From Leucoraja erinacea (taxonomy: Eukaryota), in assembly GCF_028641065.1 (NCBI RefSeq), contig NC_073401.1, forward strand, positions 30,814,001-30,878,000: a DNA stretch of 64,000 nucleotides, read 5' to 3'. A program made the position numbers and the translations under genes. This document shows positions 1-13,145 of this stretch, one piece after another (within the stretch, counting starts at the first letter, position 1; every line of letters begins with the position of its first letter). The notes under the pieces are model-generated. The model saw only the letters and a list, made by a program, of their open reading frames with translations. It had not been told where the DNA came from and did not search any database.

Positions 1-1225
1 TGTCTCGAAGGTAATCATGAAGGATTGTAATTTGACAACTTTATTTTCCAATCCATGGGAAACAAAATTTGTGATTATGGGTTGTCTCTTGATGAGGCAC
101 ATTTTTCACTTTTTTTAAATGCATGTCTTATTGGTACATCATTGTATACATGGTATTACAGGAAGAAGCAATCAATTGGCCTGAAAACAAGCTATGCTCT
201 CGTTAAATAAATGGTAAAAATTTAGAAACAAAATTATTCTTAAATGCACTACAAGTAGGTAAAACTTAATGTCATTCATACTGGCAATGGGGGCAAACAC
301 TCCAGGAGTAGTATTGAAGTCTTAACACTATGAAATTTGGAAACAAAATGAGGCAACTGTATTTTATGTTTTGAAGTTGTATTTGATTTCCCCAGATATT
401 TGAGGATGTTAAATGTGACTATCCATCATTGCAGTTACAACAAGTATTGATGTGTTCGGATTTATTCCAGCAAAGCTTATGATGACTAATATATTGTATG
501 TTCAATTTTTTTTTATGTGACTCCTTTACAAACTGGCAAGGAGCAAATTAATTCCACTGAACAAAACAAAAGTGTTTGTGTAAATCTACATTCTGACACG
601 AGTGTGTAACAAATGTTTAGATGTGATATTTGCTTTTTTTTGGCGCATACTAACCGAACTGTACGAAACAAGAATACTGCAGAATCCCCAGCCTGTTCCA
701 CAAGCCGGTTTGCTTACGGCTTCATTTACAATGGTCTTAGTCTATGATCATGCACTATTGCCCATATCCAGAGTCTGAGTCATGACAACTCTGAATTGAA
801 GTTCATTTAATTTTAATCAAAACAATGAAGTCTTTATTGTAATTTCAAAGGACAAAGTTAGTATCAGTGTTTTTGAAATATTTTTTCCCTCTGAATTAGC
901 GTAAATGAATGATGCAGTTGCAGCTTTGCATTATGTGAGATATTTTTTTAAGTACAAGATGCTGGTCTGTTGACCTCTTTGTTGAAAAGTCCTTTGAGTC
1001 TAAAGGGAACTTGCAGTGCGAGAGTGATGCCACACTCATGAATTGGGTGCAGTTCCTACAAGTGCTATTTTAAGTGGCTAACTTCAAATTTCACAAACAG
1101 GTCCTTTAGCCTTTGCTTGCTGCACTACCATCTGGATATTTGTGTGTGGTCCTTTTCAAATGTAATGTTTTTTTTTTTTTTTTTTTGCTCTGTAGTTTGA
1201 AGCAATAAAGTTTGATAATTCATTA
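1..1225 (+). other. Probable 3' UTR and poly(A) region of an upstream plus-strand gene (DGCR8 expected by synteny)
   Basis: AT/U-rich sequence with no recognisable repeats, many TGTA motifs, a T-run at ~1168-1186 and AATAAA at 1204-1209. No coding exon seen. The DGCR8 identity is inferred only from the human DGCR8-TRMT2A-RANBP1 order. Confidence 0.45.
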
Positions 1226-1679
1226 ATGAATACTTTTAGCCTTGCTTTGTAGTGAACATAAGAATGGGTTTGGGGGTTGATCAGTCATTGTATTGGGAAT
1301 ACATAAGTGATTTTTAAGGTTGGAAGGTTACCAATGATGCACATAATGGGGTCACAGGGACAAGTGTTGGGGGCTGTGGTCTCCTCCCACACCTAAAAAA
1401 TTATCAGTGGATTAAGTGACTAATGTAAAAATAAACTATTCTCAGTTGAAAAACTCATTTGGGAATATGTTTTGGGGAAAATGCAGACTGTTCCTCGAGC
1501 TTGTGCCGAAACGCCAGGGGATGGAGAATTAAACTGATGGGCAAATATAGACTCAGTTTCCCTTGTGGACTGAACACTGGTGATCTGCAAGGTGACCTTG
1601 CAATCTGCTCTTGCTTACTCAAGTGTAGACATCACATTTACAAGGGCTCATTCATGCCAGAATCTCTCTACATCCTTTA

Positions 1680-1885
1680 GAATTGAGAAACAGTGTGGAA
1701 ACAGACCCTTCGGCCCACTAAGTCCATACTGACCAGCAATCACCTTGTACACTAATTTCACTTGCTGAAGCCAATTAACCAACAAACCTGTACGTCTTTA
1801 GAGTGTAGGAGGAAACTGGAGAAATCCCACGTGGTCTCGGGAAGAATGTGCAAACTCTGCAGTCAACACCCATAGTCGGGATCGA
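1680..1885 (-). mobile_element. tRNA-derived V-SINE (HE1-like), partial
   Basis: Reverse complement of the element at 9881-10146, including the V-domain and the CR1-like tail (GTGGAAACAGACCCTTCGGCCCAC). Confidence 0.65.
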
Positions 1886-3700
1886 ATCGGAGTTAGCAGC
1901 TTTATCTACCGTTACACCCCAGTGCTGCCTGTGTCCATACCCTGGCCATTGTGCCGAAAAACAATACCAGCAAGCAAGCTGCAGCCAGTCCCGGGGCATG
2001 CAGGCGACCTGGGAGCTACAACCAGACCTGGGGCAAGCGAGCCGACCTGGGACTGGCCGTAGCACCCACGTCACAAAACATGGAGAGGGGGATTGTCTCC
2101 CACCTCTCAAAACATTGGGGGGGGGAAGGGGAGGGGGCTCAGGGGGGGGGGGGGGGGGGTGATGACATGTGTTGTCGCTACCCTTCCTGTCCCAGTCCCC
2201 CCCCAGGATTTGCTGCAAGCGCAGGTAAAGTCACCAAATTAGTTTAGATTTGCACAGTACAGCTGATAGAATGCAGTGCAGCATTTGGCTGTACTTCCTA
2301 CAGATGATGCCCTGAGGCCCACTTTGCTACATCGGAATCCAAACAAAACTGCATAAATGTCACCACAATAGCAATAGAACAACCAATTTTAATTAATTAG
2401 CCAAGATTTCACATTAACAGTTATTTTGAAATGGCATTGACAGCTTCCTAAATTTGCTGCAGCTCTATGTAAACAATTTACTTGCTATATAAAGATGCCA
2501 AGATATCCTTTATGAGCTGAAACAATGGTTTTGTTTTCTGGGATGAAGTGAATATTCAGGATTTCCCAAACCACCAGATGCACTACATCAGCGTGTATTG
2601 CAAGGACAGACTTTCGAGAACCCATAAAATTAACACTGAACCTCTGAGTTACTGCCTTATTATTGTTATCTGGATAAAGTTTGTTCCAAGAAGCTACTGT
2701 AATAGTGATGAGATCAATAAAATGTTGCCAGATATACAAGCACATAATCCAGACTTGTGCAGGATCACCTTTCTTCCATATTTTTTTTAAACCGTAGACA
2801 AACTATGATCAAAGTTTACATATTGATTCATGAAGTGCAAAGGCATCTCACAACACCTTTAACATTTGCCTCTTTCCAACAAAAGAGCTTGGGTATTTGT
2901 TGTTTGGCAGCAGGGTGCTACAGACTGATGTGGCCAGGATATCTATAATTGCAACTGGTTACTGCACTGAGTTGCATATGCTTCCACATCACAGAAATTC
3001 TGCACTCCTTCCCCTGTGCTCTATCTATTGTATTTGAGTGTGACTTGATTGCATTTATATATGGTATGTCTGATCTGTATGGATAGCGTATAAAGCAAAG
3101 GTGGTCACTGTACCTCAGTACACGTGACAACTATAAACCTACACAGTACAGTCAGAAGTTTAGAATAATGTTCCTCAGGCAGACCAGTGACTGAGTCAAC
3201 TCCAGAGCCTTGTGTCCACATTTGCAGCTCGCATTCCATATTGTGCTCTGTCCTATCATTTGGATGTGTTAAATGACACCTAGATCTAAATAAAAAGAAA
3301 CTCCACTATTTGGAAAGCAAGGGAGTTCTTCGAGTGAGCTAGCCATCGCTCAACCTCAAATCGTTGCTGGAAGTGGGTTACTTTCATGTCATTGTATGCG
3401 ATGGAAAATCTATTAGAATGCAATCAAAGTCTTAGATATTGACCAGAGTTTATTTAGCTCCCGACAAATTCATACGAGGAGGGATATACATACACAATTC
3501 CAACAGAAGTCCTAATATGTTTCATGACTGTAGTCACTGTGCTGTCTCGGGGAGCACACTATGCATAATAGTAATTAAAAATTCCATTACAAGAAATAAG
3601 TTTTGCAATGTTATTTGAAATCATTAATAAAACATCCTAGTTTTTTAAGACAATCGAGTTCACGTTCAGCTTTCACCTTGATCAGTTCTAGAGTGTGTGA

Positions 3701-3827
3701 TCATTCCACTCTCTCAAACAATATTAACAGCTCGTAATACATGGTATGTGGGAAGAGATCGACAGCCAAGGCTTTAACAGGGCGGAAAGGAGATCCTTTC
3801 ACTCTGTGAGATGGGGCGCGACAAAGA
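3701..3827 (-). CDS. TRMT2A: TRMT2A exon 12 (last): LCRAPSHRVKGSPFRPVKALAVDLFPHTMYYELLILFERVE*
   Basis: TTTTTCCACAG acceptor, 127 nt, TGA at 3703-3701. Confidence 0.95.
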
Positions 3828-4673
3828 CTGTGGAAAAAGACAAAAAAATCATTGATAAAGTATATGTTCAGGTTTATTAACAATACTGGTTAGCCTGCAG
3901 CGCGAGAGATGGAATCCCAAGTTATATCCCTTCATGAGAAACCCCATACAGAAAGTAAAGGCAACACTCCAATGAATAGGTGACGTTTCAGGTCAGGACC
4001 ACAGACTCATTGCAGTAGAGGGAGAAAGCTGGAAGAGCGGTAGGTTAGGACAAAGCCTGACAAGTGATAGGTGGATACACCTGAGGTGGGGGGGGTGGGG
4101 GGAAGGAGAAAGATTAATTGGCAGGTGGTGGACAGAGGCCAGAGATGGGAAGACAAAAGGATGGCAGATAAGGAGGGATGAGAAGTTAAATGTAAAGCCA
4201 AGGACAGGGATATAGATGGGAAGGGACAGGGGTGGGGATGAAAGAGGGGTGGGAGAAATGGGTGTGCACAAGGTGGGAGAGTACTGGTAAGGCACTTTGT
4301 ATTTACAACACTGATATGGTAAAGGCCCAACCATATAATGCTAAGATATACCTCATGTTTCTCAAACTTCCCCTTTGCTCAATCTATCGTACGCGAGTTT
4401 GACAATTGTATCTATGTACAGTGTATGTGATCTGACTGTAGCATGCAAAACAAAGCTTTTTACTGTACCTCTGTACACGTGACAATAATAAACCTGAACT
4501 TTAAATAATAAGTGCATAATTTCAATATTAAGTGCAAAACAAAAATAAGTTGTTTGTCACGTGTACTGAGGTACAGTGAAAAACATTTTGCTGCGTGCTA
4601 TCCAGTCAACAGAATACATGATTACAATGTGCAAATACATGATCAGGGAATGACGTTTAAATGCATTACTTAC

Positions 4674-4770
4674 TCCACAAAATTGTTCATAGCAGCTCGA
4701 GCATTGCAGGCAACATAAATGAGCCTCTTTAGATGTTCTGCCCTCCTTATTGCCAGTACAACTCTGGAAT
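4674..4770 (-). CDS. TRMT2A: TRMT2A exon 11 (HSRVVLAIRRAEHLKRLIYVACNARAAMNNFVD; catalytic Cys motif)
   Basis: CAG acceptor, GTAAGT donor, 97 nt. Not in the ORF track; read by hand. Confidence 0.95.
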
Positions 4771-4874
4771 CTGCAAGTCAGGGAAAATTAGACCTAAATG
4801 GGGGGAAAAGGGCAATCTAAAAGTGGCAAATACTAGATTAGCAAAATTCAGGCCAACATCAAAATGGTTCTTAC

Positions 4875-4991
4875 GTAGTCCAGCTCTGGGTGGATCCACA
4901 ACAGCCACCAGGTTTTGCGATGTCAAAGAGTTAATTACTGTGGGAAAGAGATCTTCCGCTTTCCCACACAAGAATTCCACATTGGACAGAC
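4875..4991 (-). CDS. TRMT2A: TRMT2A exon 10 (GLSNVEFLCGKAEDL...VVDPPRAGL)
   Basis: TAG acceptor, GTAAGA donor, 117 nt. Confidence 0.95.
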
Positions 4992-5593
4992 CTAAACAGA
5001 ATCAAAATTAAACATAGAAGCATAAACTATACATAAATCATACAAACATTCTGCAAGACATGGATATGTGGGAATGGAGGGATATGGGTCATGTGCAGGT
5101 AGATGTGATTAGTTCATCTTGGTAGCATATTCAGCACAGACATCGTGGGCCAAACGTCCAGTTACTGTGCAGTCCTGTTCTATGTTCTAACACAGCAAAA
5201 GGATAAGCAAAAAAGACATTCGTGCAAAACATATTTAGAGAAACAAAACAAGTTCTTTGTAAGTGAAGCAATGCTCTGTTGAGTTGAATCAAGAACCCGT
5301 CAAGTTGTTAAAAAGTAGCTGTTCTTGAACCTGGTGGCGTGGAACTTAAAGCGGACAGGTGGGACTAATGTAGCTGGCACATTTGGCCAGTGTGGGCTAG
5401 TTGGGCCGAAGGGCCTATGTCCATATTGTATCACTCTATGACTTTCTATGTAAGGGGTGTACACAAGTCAACCAGAGATTGGCATGGTGCACACTGGTCT
5501 GTGGGATTGAGGTGTGGGGTGGGAGGGAAGAGGGTTCCCAACTTGACATGGTTAACATTAATGAAACATTTACCAGAGATGTTAGGTACCAAC

Positions 5594-5669
5594 CATTTAT
5601 TTCTGCATTCACTTTAGCATCTTCTATAGCTTCTTGGCACATTTCAATTCCAATGACATTCCTCACATT
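5594..5669 (-). CDS. TRMT2A: TRMT2A exon 9 (NVRNVIGIEMCQEAIEDAKVNAEIN)
   Basis: CAG acceptor, GTTGGT donor, 76 nt. Confidence 0.92.
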
Positions 5670-6526
5670 CTGGGCAACACAATAAAGAAAGCAACAATTT
5701 TAATCCAGAAATCTAAACTCCATTATCAGTTTTCCTTGCATCACTCTGCTATTCCATCTAATTTTGTTCGATAATGTTTTATTATTAATGTTTAATGCTT
5801 TATGTGTCATTCCTAACTGTCACTGTATGTCATGTTGTCACTTGCGGGCGGAGCACCAAGGCAAATTCCTTGTATATGAATACTTGGCCATTAAACGTAT
5901 TCATAAACTTAAACTCGTAAACTTTGGGGAACGTCACTGGGGATGAGCTGCCTTGGGACAAACTTTGCTCCAATACTCCAAGTCCAGTCTAGTCCTGATT
6001 GTAATGTTATCTCTTTTAAAGCTGGTTTACATATTGTCAGACTCTGACGCCACTAATCAAAGGGGTAGACATATGGAGTTATGTCGTTCATTTCACACAA
6101 AAAAAATCGCGGAAAATGAGATCTTTCACAAAGGTTTCCTTGCGAAGATACAAGTCGAGGAAACCTCAATCTTTTCCAATTCTGGACATATTGTGGTTAT
6201 TAAATTAGTGGGTTTTTTTGTTAATTATATATCTATGTATAGTGGCATTTAGGAGTCTTTTGGGGTAGGCACATGGACATGGAGGGATATGGATCATGTG
6301 CGGGCAAATGTTTACTTTAGATTGCTTTAACTTGGCATCATGTTTGGCACAGACATTGTGTGTTCCTCTGCTATGTTCAATTATGTCAGAAAGTAAACTT
6401 CTAATTTTATGATCTCCCAAATGATCTTTTCTTCTTCGCTGCTCTTCATTACTGGTGATTACTGGCCAAAACTCTCGTTACCTCTTGATCCTTCAACAAC
6501 TTTCCTCTCCACAGCTTTTCACTTGC

Positions 6527-6649
6527 CTTTGCCAGAGAAAGCCCAATAGTTCCAGTACCGCAGCAAACATCCAACACCGTGCTGTCTTGGTTCAGTTTGG
6601 CCCAGTCTCTGACTGCTGAATAAAGCACTTCTGCAGCCAGGGTGTTCAC
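6527..6649 (-). CDS. TRMT2A: TRMT2A exon 8 (VNTLAAEVLY...LDVCCGTGTIGLSLAK; SAM-binding motif I), GC donor
   Basis: TAG acceptor, 123 nt, ends AAG|GCAAGT. Confidence 0.92.
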
Positions 6650-7662
6650 CTAGATACAAAAATATTTACATGAAGAATAAATATTTGATTAATTAGATTA
6701 TAAAAGATCCTAGTTCAAAACACATGCAAATGCTGCTTTAGAAAATAACAGATGCAAAGTGCTGGAGTATAACAGCAAGTCAAGCAGCATCTCTGGAAAA
6801 CATGGATAGGTGACATTTCAGGTCAGGACCCTTCTTCAGACAGATCATCTCCTTGTTCTCTGGAGATGCTACCTGACCAACTGAGTTACTCCAGCATGTT
6901 GTGTCTTTCCTAGTTTGAAACAGCCCTGTCTATATTTTGGGACATTGAGAATGAAAGTTGTGAAGTTATGTTACTGCTGTGATGAAGTCAGGTTGGACCA
7001 TATTTGGAGCATTGTCCTCAATTCTGGTTGTTCCATTATAGGAAGGATGCGGCGGCATTGGAGAGGGTGCAGAAGAGTTTCACCCAGATGTTGTCTGGAT
7101 TGGAGCGTAATGGCTGCAATTAGAGACTGGACAAAGTTGGATTGTTTCCTCTGGAGCGTCGGAGGCTGAGGAGTTACCTGCTATAAATATACACAATTAT
7201 TGGAAGCATTGATCAAGTAAATAGTCAGTCTGAAGAAGGGACCTGAACCCAAACGTCAGCTATCCATATTCTCCACAGATGCTACCTGACCACTGAGTTA
7301 CTCCTGCAATTTGTGTCCTTTTTTTTAAATACACTAGCACCAGCAGTTCCTTGCGTCTACTCTACAGTCAGCCTTTTACAGTCGCTATATTTAAGAGGGA
7401 GTTAGATGTGGCCCTTGTGGCTAAGGGGATCAGGGGGTATGGAGAGAAGGCAGGTACGGGATACTGAGTTGGATGATCAGCCATGATCATATTGAATGGC
7501 GGTGCAGGCTCGAAGGGCCGAATGGCCTACTCCTGCACCTAATTTCTATGTTTCTATGTTTTTCTAGGGATCAAAATCAAGAGAGCATAATTGGTTTAAG
7601 ATGGAAGGAGGAAAGTTTAAAGGTGGTTTCTTTTTTAGCTATTTATAAACAATTAACTTCAC

Positions 7663-7774
7663 CTGGAAAAATGCATGAGGGGAAATCCGGAACTTGAGTC
7701 CCAGGAGATGCTCGTAAATGTACTTGTCTCCGTACACATGGTCCAAGGGAAGGTCTTCCAAGTTTGGAGATTTT
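7663..7774 (-). CDS. TRMT2A: TRMT2A exon 7 ([37 protein letters not shown])
   Basis: TTTTCCAG acceptor, GTGAAG donor, 112 nt. Confidence 0.95.
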
Positions 7775-8529
7775 CTGGAAAAGTTCAGTCATAGAATCAT
7801 ACAACACTGAAATAGGCCCTTCGGCCCAACTCAATCATGCTGGCCAGATTTTTTTTTAATTTTTTTTAAACGGACCCAGTGCACATTGCCAGTGTTGGCT
7901 CGTCCCTTTAAACCTTTCCCATCCTTGTACCCGCACAAGTATCCTTTAAACATTGTAACAGCCCTCTACCCACTTCCTCTGGCCAGATTGTCCCAGGCAC
8001 ACACCACCCTCTGAGTGAAGACATTACCTCTCGGGTCTCTCATCAATCACCATAAACCTACACCCTAGAGTTCTGGACTGCTCTACCTCTACAGAATTCC
8101 TTGAAAATAGTGCTTTATTTTGCAAGTATTTCAAAGTTATTTAATATTTATAAAACTCAGTCATTCCATTGATGACCCCCTAAAAATCGTAACTAATTTT
8201 AGAAATTAATCCTCATCATCGTTAAAAACATTAGCGACGCAGTGGTGCTGGTTTCCGACGGGAACGGTGACGAACTCACCACACATCTCTGTCCTCCAGT
8301 TCCTGCGGACTTCCGCCACTGGAAGTACAGGATTTTGGTGTGTGTGTGAGCTTTATCATCGTTCCTTACAATGTCGTGTACGACAGTGATCGCAACTTCT
8401 ACTGAAGTGTGGTTGGGCGTTGGCTCGCTAGAAGCTCATCCGCCCTTTGACAGGTCTTGTTTCTGGTCCACAGCCCCCTCCTCACCTGGCAAACCTAGAA
8501 ATTCAAAGCACTAAATAATCATTCCTTAC

Positions 8530-8645
8530 CTCTGACCTTCTTCTGCAAAGTAAAGTGAAGTCACTCCACAATCTTTCCCATCTCCTTCAGTGAAATATTT
8601 GGCCAATTCGCCTTGTAGTTCTGCTAGTTCTGCTTTAGTTAGTTT
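8530..8645 (-). CDS. TRMT2A: TRMT2A exon 6 (KLTKAELAELQGELAKYFTEGDGKDCGVTSLYFAEEGQR)
   Basis: TAG acceptor, GTAAGG donor, 116 nt. Confidence 0.95.
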
Positions 8646-9880
8646 CTATAAATGAGTGGAGAGGAAATTAAAGGCATAAAGATTCACAAGATAATGAAGA
8701 AAAAGCTGTCAATGAAAGGACAAAAGAGGGAAACGGAACAAGACTCTGAACACAGAGATAACAAATTGAATATTTGTCCATGGCCACGTAACTGTGCGCA
8801 AAAGGTACAGGGGGAACTCAGTGGGTCAGGCAGCAACTGTGGAGGGAAGGGGCACACAATGCTTCATGTAGAAGGGTCTCGGCCTGAAACGCTGTCCATT
8901 CCCCCCCCCCCCCCCCCCCCCCCCCCCACAGGGCTCCAAGATGAAGCACTACATGAAATGTGCACTTCAAGATTCAACTCCTCCCCTATTTAAAAGAGCT
9001 GAACACAAAAAATGTGTACCAATACGATGCTGGTGCTAAAATGGGCCTATTCTACTTGAGAATGGATGACATGTCATAGTGATAAAGTGCAGAAATAGGC
9101 CCTTCAGCCCAACTTGTCCACACTCACCAACGTGCCACATCTACACTAGTCCCACCTGCCTGTGTTTGGCCCATATCCCTCTAAACCTGTCCTATCCATG
9201 TATCTGTCGAAATGTTTCTTAAATGTTGCAAAGTGTACAGAATTAACTAGAGAAATGTAATTAACTTGGTCCATCTCGTTTAGAACCATGGAATAACATC
9301 TCAGCCAACATTAACATTTATTACTGGTGTTCTAGATGTCAAAGCTGCTAAATGTGTAGACTAATATATTTTGTGGCCGGTTGTTAGTTTGTGATTAATG
9401 ACCATTTGCCAACAGATGCCAAGGAGCAAACATTTTGATGGCACCTTTATAGATGTGCAGAAGTGACGTTACCACATGATGCGGTGAACAGGATGCGGCC
9501 GGTGGGTACAATTCACAACCCAAGTTGTCAGCTCTGCACAGCTTCAAGCTACTGGAATCATTCCAGCTGCATCTCCATTGCCAGAGTGCCCCCAACAGGC
9601 TGGCAGCCAGCAGGGAGAGGGCTTGGGGCAGGGGTGGGGTGGGTTCTAGCGTAGCACAACCGCCAGCACCACCAAGTGTACAAACAGCTTCATCACCATT
9701 CCATGCAATTTAGACAAATGTTACAATCATTCCAACATTTCCTCTCGTAGATGGAATTAACTATAATGTCTTGACTGATAATGAAGTACAAAATTACCAG
9801 AAAATGATCTGACCTAACTTGAATTAACAAATTAAATTGAGAAACAAGAGAGTCAAGTGTGTTTAATTGTGATATGTACT

Positions 9881-10146
9881 AGGCAGCACAGTGGTAGAGT
9901 TGCTGCCCGGAGACCCGGGTTCGATCCTGACCACGGGTGCTGTCTGTACAGTTTGTATGTTCTCTCTGAGACCATGTGGGTTTTCTCCAGGTGCTCCGGT
10001 TTCCTCCCACACTCCAATGACGTACAGGTTTGTAGGTTAATTGGCTTCGTTAAAATTGTCATTTGTGTCCAGTGTGTAGGATAATGCTTGTATACGGGGT
10101 GATCGCTGGTCAGCGCGGACTCTGTGTTTCTGCACTGTATCTATAA
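9881..10146 (+). mobile_element. tRNA-derived V-SINE (HE1-like)
   Basis: tRNA-like head (GGCAGCACAGTGGTAGAG...GGTTCGATCC B-box), V-domain TGGGTTTTCTCCAGGTGCTCCGGTTTCCTCCCAC, and a CR1-like tail. Confidence 0.8.
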
Positions 10147-10194
10147 AGTACTGACAATGGACAATAGACTTATTTGCAGAAGTATAACACAATA

Positions 10195-10740
10195 GACAAT
10201 AGGTTCAGGAGGAGGCCATTCGGCCCTTCGAGCCAGCACCGCCATGCAATGTGATCGTGGCTGATCATCCCCAATCAGTACCCCGTTCCTGCCTTCTCCC
10301 CATGTCCCCTGACTCCGCTATTTTTAAGAGCGTTAACACGGCGTTAAATGCAATACAAACATAATAGATAATAAACAAAGGGCCCAGCACCAAACCATGA
10401 GGCATAGGCCTCCAGTCCGAGAAGCAACCTCTCACCATCACCAGCCAATTCTCCATCCATTCAGCTCTCCTTGGATCCCATGCGATCTAACCTTCCAGAG
10501 CAGTCTACCATGTGGAACCTTGTTGAATGTTTTGCTGAAGTCCATATATACAACATCTACAGCTCTGCCCTCATCAACCTTTTTGGTCACGTCTTAAAAA
10601 AAAACTCAATCAGATTTGAGAGACACAACCTCCCACGTACAAAACCATGCTGACTATCCCTAATCCGCCCTTGTCCATCAAAATGCAGGTATATGCTATC
10701 CCTCAGAACATTTTCTAGTAACTTTCCAACTACAGATGTT
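10195..10740 (-). mobile_element. CR1-type LINE fragments (3' tail and RT pieces)
   Basis: Reverse complement of the CR1 3' tail (GGCCATTCGGCCCTTCGAGCCAGCACCGCC) and of RT-region sequence; decayed ORF reads MENWL...GLVLGPL. Confidence 0.7.
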
Positions 10741-10902
10741 AAGCTATTCATAAAATGAACTACAATAGCAGTGCAAAAACCCCATAGTCCTTAGTGCAAA
10801 CAAAGATAGTCTCTCTAAGTTTATAGTTAAGGTGAGTATTGTGTAGTGTTCAAGAGCCTGACGCCGTTCTTCCCAACACAACACAATAAGACACAACAGT
10901 AC

Positions 10903-11017
10903 CTGAGGGTTGAAGTAAACGATGGCCATAATTTGCTTGGCTCTGGAGATGCGTACAGTCAATTGCTTCCAGTGGCCTTCATAGGTTTCTGGGCTGTACA
11001 CACAATAAGGAGATGAC
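10903..11017 (-). CDS. TRMT2A: TRMT2A exon 5 (SSPYCVYSPETYEGHWKQLTVRISRAKQIMAIVYFNPQ)
   Basis: TTTGCAG acceptor, GTACTG donor, 115 nt. Confidence 0.95.
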
Positions 11018-12069
11018 CTGCAAATAAAACAAACATAACATTGGGATTGAGTTGTAGACAGGTGAAGATCAGAGGGGTTTTCCATTACATACAAAGTGTT
11101 GGAGCAACTCGATTGTTTCAGGCAACATTTTTGGAGGACAGAGATATGCAACATTTCAGGTTGGGACACTTCTCCAGACTACAGACCCAATATGTCGCCT
11201 GTCTATGTTCTCCAGAGATGCCGCCTGATCCGCTGAGCCACTCCAGCAAATTGTGGGGGGGGGTTTGGGTTAACCAGCATCTGCTGTTCCTTGTGTCTTG
11301 CCTTTCCATTACATTATTGGTGGTGGCATCATCACGATTCCTTTTTCAGTTCAGCTCAGTTTGCTGACACTATCCTTTCCATGTCGGGTGCAACTAAATG
11401 ATCTAATAGGTTAACGCCAGTCTGGATGGTGCCACTCCCACAGTAAATTTCTGCATCTGTTCCACCTGCATTTTGTATAACCATCTGAAGCAAATTGTTC
11501 TGTTTTGGTGTGGTTTCAATGACAACTCATCAACCACCACTGAACTGTTTGAGAAGAAAGCTATTTTATGAAAATCTCTTAAATGAGAGACTTCCATAAA
11601 AGCGTTCATTACTATGTAGGATCTTGCAAGTGGTTGTGATTTACACGTCAGAATTTTTTTTATCGGGTACTTTGATTCGCAATAAGTAAATAAAACATAA
11701 ATAAAACCATCAGACATAGCAGCTCATTGAGTCTGCACTGCCTTTCCATCAAGGCTGATCTATTTTTCCCTCTCAACCTCATTCTCCTGCCTTCTCCCCA
11801 TAACCTTTGAAGTTCTTACTAATCAAGAACCTATCAATCTTCACATTAAAAATGCCGAGTGCTTTTGCCTTGGGCATAGTTCACTAGATTGGTAGAAATA
11901 ACTCAAGACTCTTACCCACTACAATGAATACCGACACTAATGGGCAATGGAGAGATAATGCACCTTTCTGTGTGAATAAACCAGGCAGACGGAAGCAAGA
12001 GCAGATGTGGAAAATATGCAACTTATAATACGATAATTATCCACTCAAACAGCGAGTGGCTTTAATAAC

Positions 12070-12251
12070 CTTATATATTTCTGAAATGCCTTGACAACCT
12101 CCTTTGTTTTGGCTGGAATATGAACAGTATCAAATGGCTCTACAACTGCACACGATCCTCCCTTGTATTTACCCAAGCGACATCCCACAGTTTTATCTTC
12201 ACCATCTGCTCCAACTCCAATGAGAAACTCGCACTTGTTACGGTATTCAGT
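12070..12251 (-). CDS. TRMT2A: TRMT2A exon 4 (TEYRNKCEFLIGVG...KAFQKYIR)
   Basis: TTTCAG acceptor, GTTATT donor, 182 nt. Confidence 0.95.
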
Positions 12252-12960
12252 CTGAAACAGAAGATTGCAACGCTGGAAGTAACCTGGCACGGCTGGACCC
12301 AGAATTAGCACAAATATCAATCTTCAACAGCTGCCACTGACATTCACACACGGGACTGAATGCATTTTGGGTAACATTTGAATAAGGGTTTATGCAAGAT
12401 TTATGTAAGACTACAGTGGTGCAGGAAGGAACTGCAGATGCTGGTTTACACCGAAGATAGACGCAAAATGCTGGGGTAACTCAGCGGGACAGACAGCATC
12501 TCCGGAGAGAGGGAATGGGTCCTGAAACGTCACCCATTCCTTCTCTCCAGAGTTGCTGCCTGTCCTGCTGAGTTAATCCAGCATTTTGTGTCTATCATAT
12601 ATACAAGTACAGCACAGGAACAGGCCCTTCAACACTCAATGTCTGTTCCGTTTATGGATTAATGGGGCAACAACTCTGGTTATCTAATCGCTCATAATAT
12701 GTAGATTAAAAGGAAACATTGTACATTCTACTTCGTGGACCATGGGAAAAAATATATTATTGTGGTACAAAGATGCCAATTCTGATCTCAGTACAGAAAG
12801 TAACAGTAATAGGGACAATTGTGGAACTTCAACTGGCTAGTTTTCAGGTCAATGTAAAAATATTCAGTTAGAAACCCTAGCGCACGCACATTACTCATTC
12901 ACACTCAACATTAAAATGAAGCAGTTAGCCAAAATAGCAACAAATCAGAGAAGATCCATA

Positions 12961-13145
12961 GGTAGACAAAAGTGCTGGAGAAACTCACCGGGTGCAGCAG
13001 CATCTATGGAGCGAAGGAAATAGGCAACGTTTCAAGACGAAACGTTGCCTATTTCCTTCACTCCATAGATGCTGCTGCACCCGCTGAGTTTCTCCAGCAC
13101 TTTTGTCTGCCTTCGATTTTCCAGCATCTGCAGTTCCTTCTTAAA
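12961..13145 (+). mobile_element. Fold-back Penelope pseudo-LTR mini-insertion with 15-bp TSD
   Basis: Inverted arms meet at AACGTTTC-AAGAC-GAAACGTT. CAGAGAAGATCCATA is duplicated at 12946-12960 and 13146-13160. Confidence 0.8.

Noticed and set aside
8900-8927. Long poly-C/poly-G runs here and at ~2142-2159, 17706-17726, 38659-38677 and 54389-54413, giving poly-Pro/Gly ORFs
   Set aside because: Homopolymers within or next to repeats; lengths are unreliable and there is no coding evidence.
9881-9935. tRNA gene
   Set aside because: Pol III A/B-box-like head of a SINE; no complete cloverleaf, and it continues into the SINE body.
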